Shown in pieces: positions 54,419 through 63,019 of a stretch of 64,000 nt of DNA. Location of the stretch: positions 129,980 through 193,979 of the forward strand of contig JAHJSM010000001.1 in NCBI GenBank assembly GCA_018830295.1. The letters run 5' to 3'. This stretch comes from Patescibacteria group bacterium (GTDB lineage Bacteria; Patescibacteriota; Minisyncoccia; Portnoybacterales; UBA2143). The notes under the pieces were generated by a model. The model ran no database searches. It had not been told where the DNA came from and was given only the letters and a program-made list of their open reading frames with translations. Every line of letters starts with the position of its first letter. Position 1 is the stretch's first letter. Position numbers and translations under genes: made by a program.

Positions 54419-57400
54419 TTATAATGCATTGCTCTTATTGATTAAATTATAAACCTTTTTCTCGTCAAAAAAGAATAAAGAACATGCGTATCTCTCAAGC
54501 GGATCTGTGGGTAAAAACACCAAATCTCCCTTAAATTTTATTTTGTTTAACTTTTTTAAGGAATTAATTGCCTCTTTAAAATTTGTTTTAAAGTCAGCAT
54601 TAAAAAACTTTTTAAAACTTTTTTGCGAAAAACACAGCCGGCAAGATAACTGCTGCAGGATAAAATACCTCATTTCATCCTTAAGATTGTATTCTAGCGC
54701 CCAGTAATTTTTTTCATTTGGATTAAAACCAAAGCTTTTTTCTCTGGAAATAAGATGATGCTGCGAAGAATTAAAAATATACGAACTTGCCCTGGTGCCT
54801 AAGGCGAATAATGAGCAAGGAGAAGAAAAGTTTATTGGAGAAGTATAGTCATAATCATACTTATACGACGCTTTAAAATTTTTATTGTAAAATACAGGTT
54901 CAGCGGATGAAAAAATTTCAAACCCCTTATCTATAATATAATACTCTAATTTATCTTCCATTGATTTTAATTTTTGTCGCGCTTCACCAGCTTTTTTATT
55001 AAGTTTTTTATTAAAAGAACAATAATTATTATTACAATACTTTTCCAAATATTCTTGCGTCGGCTTTAAGGGATATATTGTAATCGTATCGGGACGCATT
55101 TTGGTTAATTCTATAAAACTATCCACCACTATTTCGGCTGTATCATTCTTAAGCCCAACCATTATGTCGGTATTTACCTCAAAACCAAATTCCTTGGCCT
55201 TGGAAATAAGTTCTGGTAAAAATTTATAATCTCCATAATTTCTTTTCGTATAAGTTCGCACTTTATTATTAAAAGTTTGCACGCCCATACTTATTCGATT
55301 AAATCCAAATTGTTTAAGTAATTTCAACTTTTTTATTGAAATGCTTTGGGGATTAGATTCAAAAGTTTTTTCTCCATCTTCTTTAAATTTAAAATATCTG
55401 AATAAAATACTTAACAACCCGCTAAGCTGCTTTTCTGATAATATTGAAGGCGTGCCACCACCAATATATAAGCTACTAAATTCTGCGTCAGTAAATGTAT
55501 TTTTAAAAAATTTAATTTGCTTAATTAAGTTTTTAATATAATCCTCTAATTTTTCTTTATTGGCAATCTCTGAATAATACATACAATAACTGCACTTAGA
55601 CTCGCAAAATGGAATGTGGATATAAAAATTTAAAACATCATTTACTTTTTTGTTTTTAATTAAATGGATATGGCTTTCCCATTTCTTCCTTATTAGATCA
55701 GCGCCAACAAACCTTTTTTCTCCCACCCAATGCATCAAATCAGCAAGAAAAAAAATATTATAGTATGGTTTATAATCTTTTAAAAAGTTTTTGTATAATT
55801 CATAATTTTTTTTAGGAGAGTTTTTTTTCTTGATAACAGGTTTAAATTCTTTCCACCCAAAAATTTCCGGATATTCGCGCCATGGACCTTCGCAAATTGA
55901 ATAAAAATCACATTTTTTACAATTAGAACCCCTGCTTTTGCCACGATTAACTCTGTATTTCTTGTAATCATCAATTTTGAACATATCTTCAACCACCATT
56001 GCATCAGGTATGATTTGCTCAGCAATATATTTTTCATAATCCTTCATAAAACAATAAGGTATTGCTTCTGTCATTACTCTTTTGCCGGCTTTTATGCCAA
56101 TATCTAATCCCTTTTTTACATATGGCATAATCTCCGACTTTTTTGGCACAATTAATTTTCTATTTTTCCAAGCGGCGCCTGCTATATGAACAAATGCAAA
56201 TTGAAACTGATCTACATTTAAATCAACCAATAGTTTTGCTATTTTAGGCAGATAGCGATAATTAAATTTTGTAATCACCGTGTTCGTTATGACTCTCTGG
56301 TTTAAACTTTTTAAATTTTTAATACCTTGAATGGTTTGGTCAAAACTGCCTTTTACATTAGTCAAATAATCATGTAACTTTCCTGTATGTCCGTGAACGG
56401 CTGGCGAAAACTCATTTGCCCCAGCTTCTATTGTTTTGCGACAAAATTCTTTATACGCGAACATGCGGCCATTGGTTTGGACCTGAATAATTTGATACCC
56501 CAATTTTTTCGCACGCCTTATTAAATCCAAAAAATTAGGATGTATCGTGGGCTCGCCGCCAGTAAAAACGACTGATTGGCAACTTTCCTTTGCTTGAATT
56601 AATTCTTTTATAATCTCCGATTTTTTTCTAAACAAACATTTTTTTCTTTTGTCGCCTTGTACACAAAAACAACAATGATTATTACATTGGTATCCTATTT
56701 TTATATCTATTCTCTTATTCTCCTTCAGCTTTAATCCTTCTTTCTCTGCTATATTGGATTTATTTTTCATTGAATCAACAAAATTATTAAGAGTATTATC
56801 AATTGCTTTATTTGATTGTAAGATTTTATGGTCAAATAATTCCTTTGTATTTAATTCAATTTTATTAATTTCTTTATGAAAATCCAAATTTTTCAAACAT
56901 TCTAAGATATTATTATCCTTAATATTGCTAATTTTAAATTTTTTCTTAACGGACTGAAATTCTTTTAACATAATAGCGTTGGTAAAAAAAACATCACCAT
57001 TGCAATCAACAACCATCCCAGTATTAAAGAAGAATAAATCGTTATCTATGTCAACATTTTTGACATAGATTTCTCTATGCTTTTTTAAAAATTCTGATAC
57101 GAAATTTAGCTGTCTTTCTAAAATTTTTATTTTTTGAAAGGACCATGGTCTATAAGCTGCCGGTAAAAAATTAAACCCCTTAACGCCTAAATTATGTACA
57201 TAAACAAAATTTTGGAAAAACTTATCCACGGTATTCGGAGCTATCACCATGTTTACAATCACGCGAGATTGATTATTCTTGATTAAATTGATTGTTTTCT
57301 GATAAGTTTGAGGAGAAATACCTTTTCTATTTAGCATTTGAGAAGTTTTATCTCCATCAATACTAATCGAAAGATTCACTTTATTTTCTTTAAGCCAGCT

Positions 57401-57688
57401 AAAAATATTATCATCCAATAAAACGCCGTTAGTGCATAATTCAATATCTATCTTATGACTTTTTTTTCTAACATAAGCAATGATATTTTTTAACAAATCA
57501 ATTTTTAAGAGGGGCTCACCGCCAAAAATTTTTATTTTGCCTTTGTTATCGCCCAATAAACACAAATATAAATCAATTGCCTTAAAAGCAATTGATTTGT
57601 TGATAAATATATTTTTTTTTAGCACCGCGCAATACTTGCAATCTAGATTACATTGGTTGGTGACAATAATTATTAATGGATACTTCAT
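54419..57688 (-). CDS. Triple radical SAM-domain fusion protein (1089 aa): anSME-like domain plus family 1 domain plus HemN-like domain
   Basis: Domain 1: TNQCNLDCKYC, FGGEPLL. Domain 2: YQCNNHCCFC, FTGGEPTIHP, VHGHTGKLHD, CKKCDFYSICEGPWREY. Domain 3: NFYIHIPFCESKCSYCM, LYIGGGTPS. Confidence 0.75.
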   Translation of the reverse strand: MKYPLIIIVTNQCNLDCKYCAVLKKNIFINKSIAFKAIDLYLCLLGDNKGKIKIFGGEPLLKIDLLKNIIAYVRKKSHKIDIELCTNGVLLDDNIFSWLKENKVNLSISIDGDKTSQMLNRKGISPQTYQKTINLIKNNQSRVIVNMVIAPNTVDKFFQNFVYVHNLGVKGFNFLPAAYRPWSFQKIKILERQLNFVSEFLKKHREIYVKNVDIDNDLFFFNTGMVVDCNGDVFFTNAIMLKEFQSVKKKFKISNIKDNNILECLKNLDFHKEINKIELNTKELFDHKILQSNKAIDNTLNNFVDSMKNKSNIAEKEGLKLKENKRIDIKIGYQCNNHCCFCVQGDKRKKCLFRKKSEIIKELIQAKESCQSVVFTGGEPTIHPNFLDLIRRAKKLGYQIIQVQTNGRMFAYKEFCRKTIEAGANEFSPAVHGHTGKLHDYLTNVKGSFDQTIQGIKNLKSLNQRVITNTVITKFNYRYLPKIAKLLVDLNVDQFQFAFVHIAGAAWKNRKLIVPKKSEIMPYVKKGLDIGIKAGKRVMTEAIPYCFMKDYEKYIAEQIIPDAMVVEDMFKIDDYKKYRVNRGKSRGSNCKKCDFYSICEGPWREYPEIFGWKEFKPVIKKKNSPKKNYELYKNFLKDYKPYYNIFFLADLMHWVGEKRFVGADLIRKKWESHIHLIKNKKVNDVLNFYIHIPFCESKCSYCMYYSEIANKEKLEDYIKNLIKQIKFFKNTFTDAEFSSLYIGGGTPSILSEKQLSGLLSILFRYFKFKEDGEKTFESNPQSISIKKLKLLKQFGFNRISMGVQTFNNKVRTYTKRNYGDYKFLPELISKAKEFGFEVNTDIMVGLKNDTAEIVVDSFIELTKMRPDTITIYPLKPTQEYLEKYCNNNYCSFNKKLNKKAGEARQKLKSMEDKLEYYIIDKGFEIFSSAEPVFYNKNFKASYKYDYDYTSPINFSSPCSLFALGTRASSYIFNSSQHHLISREKSFGFNPNEKNYWALEYNLKDEMRYFILQQLSCRLCFSQKSFKKFFNADFKTNFKEAINSLKKLNKIKFKGDLVFLPTDPLERYACSLFFFDEKKVYNLINKSNAL

Positions 57689-57732
57689 AACGCTTCATAT
57701 TCCAATTCTGTTAATTATTTGTCTATATTTTT

Positions 57733-58029
57733 TTACCACGAACCGTGAGAACCGTGGGAACCGTGGGAACCGTGGGAACCGTGGGAACCGTGGGAAGAAT
57801 GCGAACCGTGCGAAGCGTGGGAACAATGAGTTGGACAGGGAGTACAACAGTTACATGTCCCAGCCATAGTAGGATCAGGCTTCATTAAGCCGCCGCTAGC
57901 TAGTCCAATAGTTATCAAAGCCAACCCAATTTTTCGAATGCTTTTTTTACTAATTTTCCCCTCTTCTTCGTTTAAAAAATTTCTAAGATTTTTTTTAATT
58001 TTGGGAACTTGATGGTTTTTATTTTTCAT
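57733..58029 (-). CDS. His-Xaa-Ser repeat precursor-like peptide (HxsA-like; candidate RiPP precursor), with internal hydrophobic anchor
   Basis: C-terminus ...GTCNCCTPCPTHCSHASHGSHSSHGSHGSHGSHGSHGSHGSW. Hand translation of the reverse complement was verified through the stop. Hydrophobic segment IGLALITIGLASGGL after a 33-aa basic N-region. Confidence 0.65.
   Translation of the reverse strand: MKNKNHQVPKIKKNLRNFLNEEEGKISKKSIRKIGLALITIGLASGGLMKPDPTMAGTCNCCTPCPTHCSHASHGSHSSHGSHGSHGSHGSHGSHGSW
57741..57830. repeat. Perfect 9-nt tandem repeat (GGAACCGTG)n encoding (HGS)n
   Basis: gaaccgtg(g/a)gaaccgtgggaaccgtgggaaccgtgggaaccgtgggaaccgtggga... with at least 6 perfect and 3 degenerate units. Confidence 0.85.
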
Positions 58030-58051
58030 AGATTATCTAAATAATTAATGA

Positions 58052-58930
58052 CTATTTCGTCGGAAAAAAATCTTTATGAACTTTATTGTGACAATAAGAC
58101 GCCTTGAACTTGTCATAAAAAAAAGACAAATCCCGGCTAAAATAATATTTACAATATTGATAAATTCTAAGTTCAGGGATCGACTCGCATAGAATAGAGT
58201 CGTTTTTGGCCACTGCAATCAAATACGCGATATTGTCGCTAAACTCGCCCGCGCATGAAGTTGTTCTATCGGTAGCCGCGTCATCTTCCTGCTCTACTTG
58301 TGAATCACACATCAGAGTCGAATCAAAAATTACTGGTTCTTTACTTTGAAAGCTTCTGTGATAATTTTCGCATATTGCCCCCAAACCCGCTTTTATCTCG
58401 TCTAAATCATCAGGTAATTCTGTTAATTTTTGCTCTTTTTCAATTAAAATATAAGGTAAAAAAGCTTCTCTACATTCCGTTACATATTGCTCTAAACCTA
58501 TCCCATTTTTCAACTTATCGGTCAAAACAAAGAAAAAATCATAATCGCGTTCACACCTCTCTTTTCTTAGTTCAAAATCAATTTCTCGATTCTCGTAATA
58601 GCATAAATCTCTATTATTCTGATCTGCGGCTCGCATGACAAGCAATCTTTTAAGTATTGTAGGTAATTCGCTATCTGAATCAGCTTCTGTAAAATCCAAT
58701 TTATCTAAATTAAAATCAAGTATGCATTTTTCTTTTTCTTTATTAATAATTTGATTAAACCGATCCTCCGCGTCAATTGCTTCTTCTGTAATAACTTCTT
58801 CTTCAACTATCAAGCCATCGGCTATTAAATCTTTATTTTTAAAATAATAATTCCCTACAATTGATAATGAAATTAAAATAACGATAAAAACCGCTATTAA
58901 CCAAATATTTTGTTTAAATATTTCTAGCAT
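58052..58930 (-). CDS. Membrane-anchored Cys-rich protein (292 aa), function unknown
   Basis: N-terminal TM (IWLIAVFIVILISLSIVG). At least 12 Cys in the soluble domain. Confidence 0.45.
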   Translation of the reverse strand: MLEIFKQNIWLIAVFIVILISLSIVGNYYFKNKDLIADGLIVEEEVITEEAIDAEDRFNQIINKEKEKCILDFNLDKLDFTEADSDSELPTILKRLLVMRAADQNNRDLCYYENREIDFELRKERCERDYDFFFVLTDKLKNGIGLEQYVTECREAFLPYILIEKEQKLTELPDDLDEIKAGLGAICENYHRSFQSKEPVIFDSTLMCDSQVEQEDDAATDRTTSCAGEFSDNIAYLIAVAKNDSILCESIPELRIYQYCKYYFSRDLSFFYDKFKASYCHNKVHKDFFPTK

Positions 58931-60378
58931 AACTTTTTATTAAATTGGTGACGACTAGTAGCCCATTCCAAGAAAATCTTTTTTATTTTATCATCTTCTT
59001 GCATTTTTTTAAAGATATAATCAAAGATACCTTGACTTAATTGACATCTACTACTTGTGGGTAATTGAGGAAAAATATTGCCCGATTCAACATAACTAAT
59101 AATAGGACAAGTTCCGCAATAAGGTTTATAGACGCAATTGTCACAAGGCAAATTGTCCAAACAAGAAGCTAAACACATCGTTCTTATAGTCGGATTATCA
59201 ATAATATCATCGTAACTATCCGTTAAGACGCTTCCTATTTTAAAAGTTTCTTCACCTATCATCCGTCCCTCATCACATGTATAAACATCTCCGTTATAAT
59301 TATAGAGCGCTTGACCTATACCAGCTCCACAAGGCGAGCGTAATTCAAAATAATTCGGGTCCTTATCAGTTAGTATTTTTGTCAGCATGTTGGTGGCAAT
59401 CATTTCTCGAAAGCGAAGCCCTTTTTTAATATTAAGCTCTAAAATATAATCCAAACTCTTTCTGTAAAATTCTAAAAACTGACTCGTTGAATATCCTATT
59501 TTCTGCCAGGTCTTCCTAGCCATTCCCAAAGGCGTGAGCGGTCTTAAAATAATATTATCCAATCCTAACTCAATGTACTGGTCAATAATTTTTTCATAAA
59601 CAGGAAGAGAATAACGCGTAACTGTTGTCAGAGCGCCTGGTTGGTAAATATAATACTTTTTATATTTTTTAAGTATTTTTTTTAACCACTTAACCGTATT
59701 TTGATGACTATTTTTATTTATTAAAATTCTATTTTTATTATGTAATTTCTCCGGTCCATCTAGGGAAGTGCAGAAAATAACTCCTTTCTTAAGCAAATAA
59801 TTCATTTTTTCTTCGTCCATTCCTGTAAAATTAGAAACCAATCTTAATTCTAAATCCCTTTTTTCTTCCTTGTTCTTTTTTAGGGCATACTCAATAATAA
59901 ACTTAACAACTGGCCAATTTAATAACGGCTCTCCACCTTGGAATTCAATGGCAATATTTTTGTTAGGAGAAGAAAAAATGTAATCAACAATTTTTCTTGC
60001 AGTTTCCTCGCTCAAATCTTTATTCTTATCGTCCACGAAGCACGAAGATGCTTGGCAATAAACGCATTTATGGTCACAACGCAAAGTAACAACAACTATA
60101 TGAAGACTGGGTCCAGCAGAAAAAAGAAATTGATTTTTTCTTCTGTATTTTTCAACATGTTGCTCTAAATTAAATTCATCGCCAATAAAGTTTTTTCTTT
60201 TCAGCTCTAGATATTTTGAAGATTTTTTTTCTAATTTTCCCTGAAGGTATTGATCAAAATCCATGGGAGATAAAAAAATATAATCTCCAATATCATTAGT
60301 TAAAAGATAGTCTTTATTCGTTTTTTTAAATCTGAAAAAACCCAATTTTGAATAATTTACTTTTTTACAATCAATCAT
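58924..60378 (-). CDS. Radical SAM peptide maturase with C-terminal SPASM domain (anSME/HxsB-like)
   Basis: RCDHKCVYCQ, QGGEPLLN, and the C-terminal Cys-rich SPASM-like CGAGIG...YTCDEG...CLASCLDNLPCDNCVYKPYCGTCP. Confidence 0.75.
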   Translation of the reverse strand: MIDCKKVNYSKLGFFRFKKTNKDYLLTNDIGDYIFLSPMDFDQYLQGKLEKKSSKYLELKRKNFIGDEFNLEQHVEKYRRKNQFLFSAGPSLHIVVVTLRCDHKCVYCQASSCFVDDKNKDLSEETARKIVDYIFSSPNKNIAIEFQGGEPLLNWPVVKFIIEYALKKNKEEKRDLELRLVSNFTGMDEEKMNYLLKKGVIFCTSLDGPEKLHNKNRILINKNSHQNTVKWLKKILKKYKKYYIYQPGALTTVTRYSLPVYEKIIDQYIELGLDNIILRPLTPLGMARKTWQKIGYSTSQFLEFYRKSLDYILELNIKKGLRFREMIATNMLTKILTDKDPNYFELRSPCGAGIGQALYNYNGDVYTCDEGRMIGEETFKIGSVLTDSYDDIIDNPTIRTMCLASCLDNLPCDNCVYKPYCGTCPIISYVESGNIFPQLPTSSRCQLSQGIFDYIFKKMQEDDKIKKIFLEWATSRHQFNKKLC

Positions 60379-60575
60379 TTTTTCATTAAGCTTAAAATGT
60401 AATTTGAAAACTCATCTTCAAAAACATTTTTTAATTCAAATGGCGCGTTGGTAATTTCAACCAAAAAATAATTTTCGTTCTGTTCTAAGGTAAAATCAGC
60501 TAAACCGCTATAATCTTTTATAGCCCTCTTGATTACTGATTTCGGATATATTTTTTTATTAAATTGAATTAACAA
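60375..60575 (-). CDS. Small protein (66 aa), paralogous to the N-terminus of the next gene. Candidate Hxs-system accessory (HxsD-like?) or peptide chaperone
   Basis: NKKIYPKSVIKRAIKDYSGLADFTLEQNENYFLVEI. Similar to the DNKIYPLEAIYSTAHVFLDRAYVFLDENSEKKIIV of the upstream gene. Confidence 0.4.
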   Translation of the reverse strand: MLIQFNKKIYPKSVIKRAIKDYSGLADFTLEQNENYFLVEITNAPFELKNVFEDEFSNYILSLMKK

Positions 60576-61015
60576 TTTATTTTTTTCTTTTTAACTTTAT
60601 CGCCTTCATATTTTTCTTCCCAAGGCACAGCGATACCCAAGGGGTCATCTTTATAATTATCCCCCGAACTGTTCTGAGACAATCCAAACATAGGCGAAGC
60701 TGAAACTAAAGCAGTGCCAACAACAAAATCTCTGACCTTTTTATTTCTCTCAGCAATTTTCACCCTCAAGAGGTAATTTAAAAGTTCATTGCAAAACTCT
60801 CCGTACAACTCTTTTAGCTTTTCGGAGCTTATTTTTTTCTTGCCTTTTAAATTAACAATAATTTTTTTCTCGGAATTTTCATCTAAAAAAACATAAGCTC
60901 TATCTAAAAATACATGGGCAGTGCTATAAATGGCCTCTAAGGGATAAATCTTATTATCAAGAAAAAAAGTTATTTGATTTTTCTGAGAATTAATTTGAGA
61001 TTTTATCATTTTCAT
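60569..61015 (-). CDS. Small protein (148 aa) with an N-terminal domain paralogous to the 66-aa protein
   Basis: See paralogy above. No other motif. Confidence 0.4.
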   Translation of the reverse strand: MKMIKSQINSQKNQITFFLDNKIYPLEAIYSTAHVFLDRAYVFLDENSEKKIIVNLKGKKKISSEKLKELYGEFCNELLNYLLRVKIAERNKKVRDFVVGTALVSASPMFGLSQNSSGDNYKDDPLGIAVPWEEKYEGDKVKKKKINC

Positions 61016-61027
61016 TCAACGCGCGCG

Positions 61028-61834
61028 TTATTTTATTAATACTTCTATCACCCCTTCCGCGCCTTCCAACTTTTGCAATGCCTTGCCGACAATAGCTCCT
61101 TGGCATTTGCTATAATTATCGCATTTCATGCCATAACCGGGCCTGGAAGAGCTAATAATATTGTCGCCAATTTTAATCGGCCCATTTTCCGCGGTGACTT
61201 TTGTTGGCACTCTGCCTAAAAGCGCTATTGGCGGATAATTTTCATTATCAAAATTCTCCAAAGCGCCCATAGTTAAATTGGGCTTAGTGGAAACAACTCC
61301 AATTACCATAGTACTATATGCTTTGTCGGACTTTTTTATGTTCATTTCTTTATCTTCATCCAAAACAACTATATCGCCCGGTTCTAATTGACTATCTCCA
61401 TCGCCGCTTGCTTGATAACGCTCGGCGATGTCGCATCCCGGACCTGAATATGAATTAGCATAAACCGCGTTAAATTTAGATGTATTATTTAGGTCAAGAT
61501 AATAAGCAGTGTTGTCTCTATCATAACCATAGCTAAAATCAACTCGATTCATATTACTCATCCCCGCCGGGTCAACATAGTAGCCAGTGTTGTTTTGGTC
61601 ATAGAAAATAGGAGCTCTCATATCAGAGCTGGAAATAAGAGAGCCAGATTTTGTTTGAGCAGTTGAACCGACATTTAAGGGCGCGGCGACATTGCTTCCC
61701 GGAGGCGCGGAAACGGGAGTCGTCCATGCTAGAATAAGGCCATTAACCCAGAATACAGAAGCAATCGCGACAATAATAATGGAAAAATAGAGAGCGATTG
61801 TTTGTGTTTTTTTTGTCATTTTTTTTGTGGACAT
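61028..61834 (-). CDS. Membrane-anchored secreted hypothetical protein
   Basis: N-terminal TM (TIALYFSIIIVAIASVFWV). Ser/Gly/Asn-rich ectodomain. Confidence 0.45.
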   Translation of the reverse strand: MSTKKMTKKTQTIALYFSIIIVAIASVFWVNGLILAWTTPVSAPPGSNVAAPLNVGSTAQTKSGSLISSSDMRAPIFYDQNNTGYYVDPAGMSNMNRVDFSYGYDRDNTAYYLDLNNTSKFNAVYANSYSGPGCDIAERYQASGDGDSQLEPGDIVVLDEDKEMNIKKSDKAYSTMVIGVVSTKPNLTMGALENFDNENYPPIALLGRVPTKVTAENGPIKIGDNIISSSRPGYGMKCDNYSKCQGAIVGKALQKLEGAEGVIEVLIK

Positions 61835-61852
61835 GTGTTTTATATTATTTAT

Positions 61853-62452
61853 TTATTCCACAGGTGGCGCGTCAACCTGTCCTGGCATCATCGGCATAAA
61901 TTGAACAATTATTTCTATCGCCTTAAATTCCTTGATATCTTTAATGTTTTCTTGCGCCGTGACAGTTATCTGCTGACCGACCTTAATATCATTAAAACTA
62001 ATTTCTGTCTTAATAAACATTTCTGGAGGCATAATCGGTTCTGCTGTCGCTTCAAAATTTCCCATCTGTTCTTCCATTTTCTGATTAAACCCTTCCATTT
62101 CTGCTTGATATTGGGCTTGGTCTTTTTCCTTAAACTGATAAATCTTGGTATTCTCATCTGTTTCAATAATTCTATTGTCTAAGTCCGAATCAGCCAAAAG
62201 CGTTAAGGGTTGAATCTTAAGATAAATATTATTATCTTTTATTACTTTCACGATTCCGCTAATAGAAGTTATCTCCATATCTCCCATCATGGGCGCGAAA
62301 CCAGATTCCTCCAATCTTTGCTTAGCCGCGTCCCAGCCGGCTTGATATGTATCACTGCCGCTGTCTGGTTTGTAATAATTGGCGAAGGCAAAGCCAAGCC
62401 CAAAGAAAACCAAGGCGGTGATAACGATGATTGTTGTTATTTGTTTGGTCAT
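61853..62452 (-). CDS. Membrane-anchored hypothetical protein
   Basis: N-terminal TM (ITTIIVITALVFFGLGFAF). Acidic ectodomain. Confidence 0.45.
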   Translation of the reverse strand: MTKQITTIIVITALVFFGLGFAFANYYKPDSGSDTYQAGWDAAKQRLEESGFAPMMGDMEITSISGIVKVIKDNNIYLKIQPLTLLADSDLDNRIIETDENTKIYQFKEKDQAQYQAEMEGFNQKMEEQMGNFEATAEPIMPPEMFIKTEISFNDIKVGQQITVTAQENIKDIKEFKAIEIIVQFMPMMPGQVDAPPVE

Positions 62453-62522
62453 AGTTATTTTACTATTTTTATTTGTTACGGATTAAATGGGATTAACTCT
62501 ATTTTTCGCGCAAAAACCATTT

Positions 62523-62978
62523 TTACAACTCAATACAATATTCCGGATCAACGCAGTCGCAGCCAAAAACCGTTCCATCGCTATCGTCATTCAAAGCCGC
62601 GTTGTTAACGCCCTCCAATGTCGCATTCAAAACAAAACCTTGGTTATTAGACGAAACCCAATATTCGTAAGTCCCCATACCCGGATCGCCTGGAATTGAA
62701 GCAATATACCCACTTCCTTCTATGGCTGTTTTCATAACTGCCCATTGATTACTACCGCTCACCCCAGGATAACCTGCATCCGAGTGGTCATCGTAATACA
62801 GCGTCAGACCCAAAGCGATCTGTCTCATATCACTTACCCTTCGGACATCTCGCGCTTTCTCTCGAGCTGTGTTCAAAGAAACCAAAACAATTGTTGACAA
62901 AACGCCAATAATCGTAATAACCACCAACAACTCAATCAAGGTAAAACCTTTTTGATTCTTCTTAAAAATTTGTAACAT
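62523..62978 (-). CDS. pilA: Type IV major pilin (PilA-like)
   Basis: QKG|FTLIELLVVITIIGVLSTIVLVSLNTAREKAR is a canonical class III signal peptide and N-terminal alpha-helix. C-terminal Cys pair (GCDCVDPEYC). Confidence 0.8.
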   Translation of the reverse strand: MLQIFKKNQKGFTLIELLVVITIIGVLSTIVLVSLNTAREKARDVRRVSDMRQIALGLTLYYDDHSDAGYPGVSGSNQWAVMKTAIEGSGYIASIPGDPGMGTYEYWVSSNNQGFVLNATLEGVNNAALNDDSDGTVFGCDCVDPEYCIEL

Positions 62979-63019
62979 TTTTTTATAACTTATTTATCTT
63001 TCATTCTACCACTTTTTTA

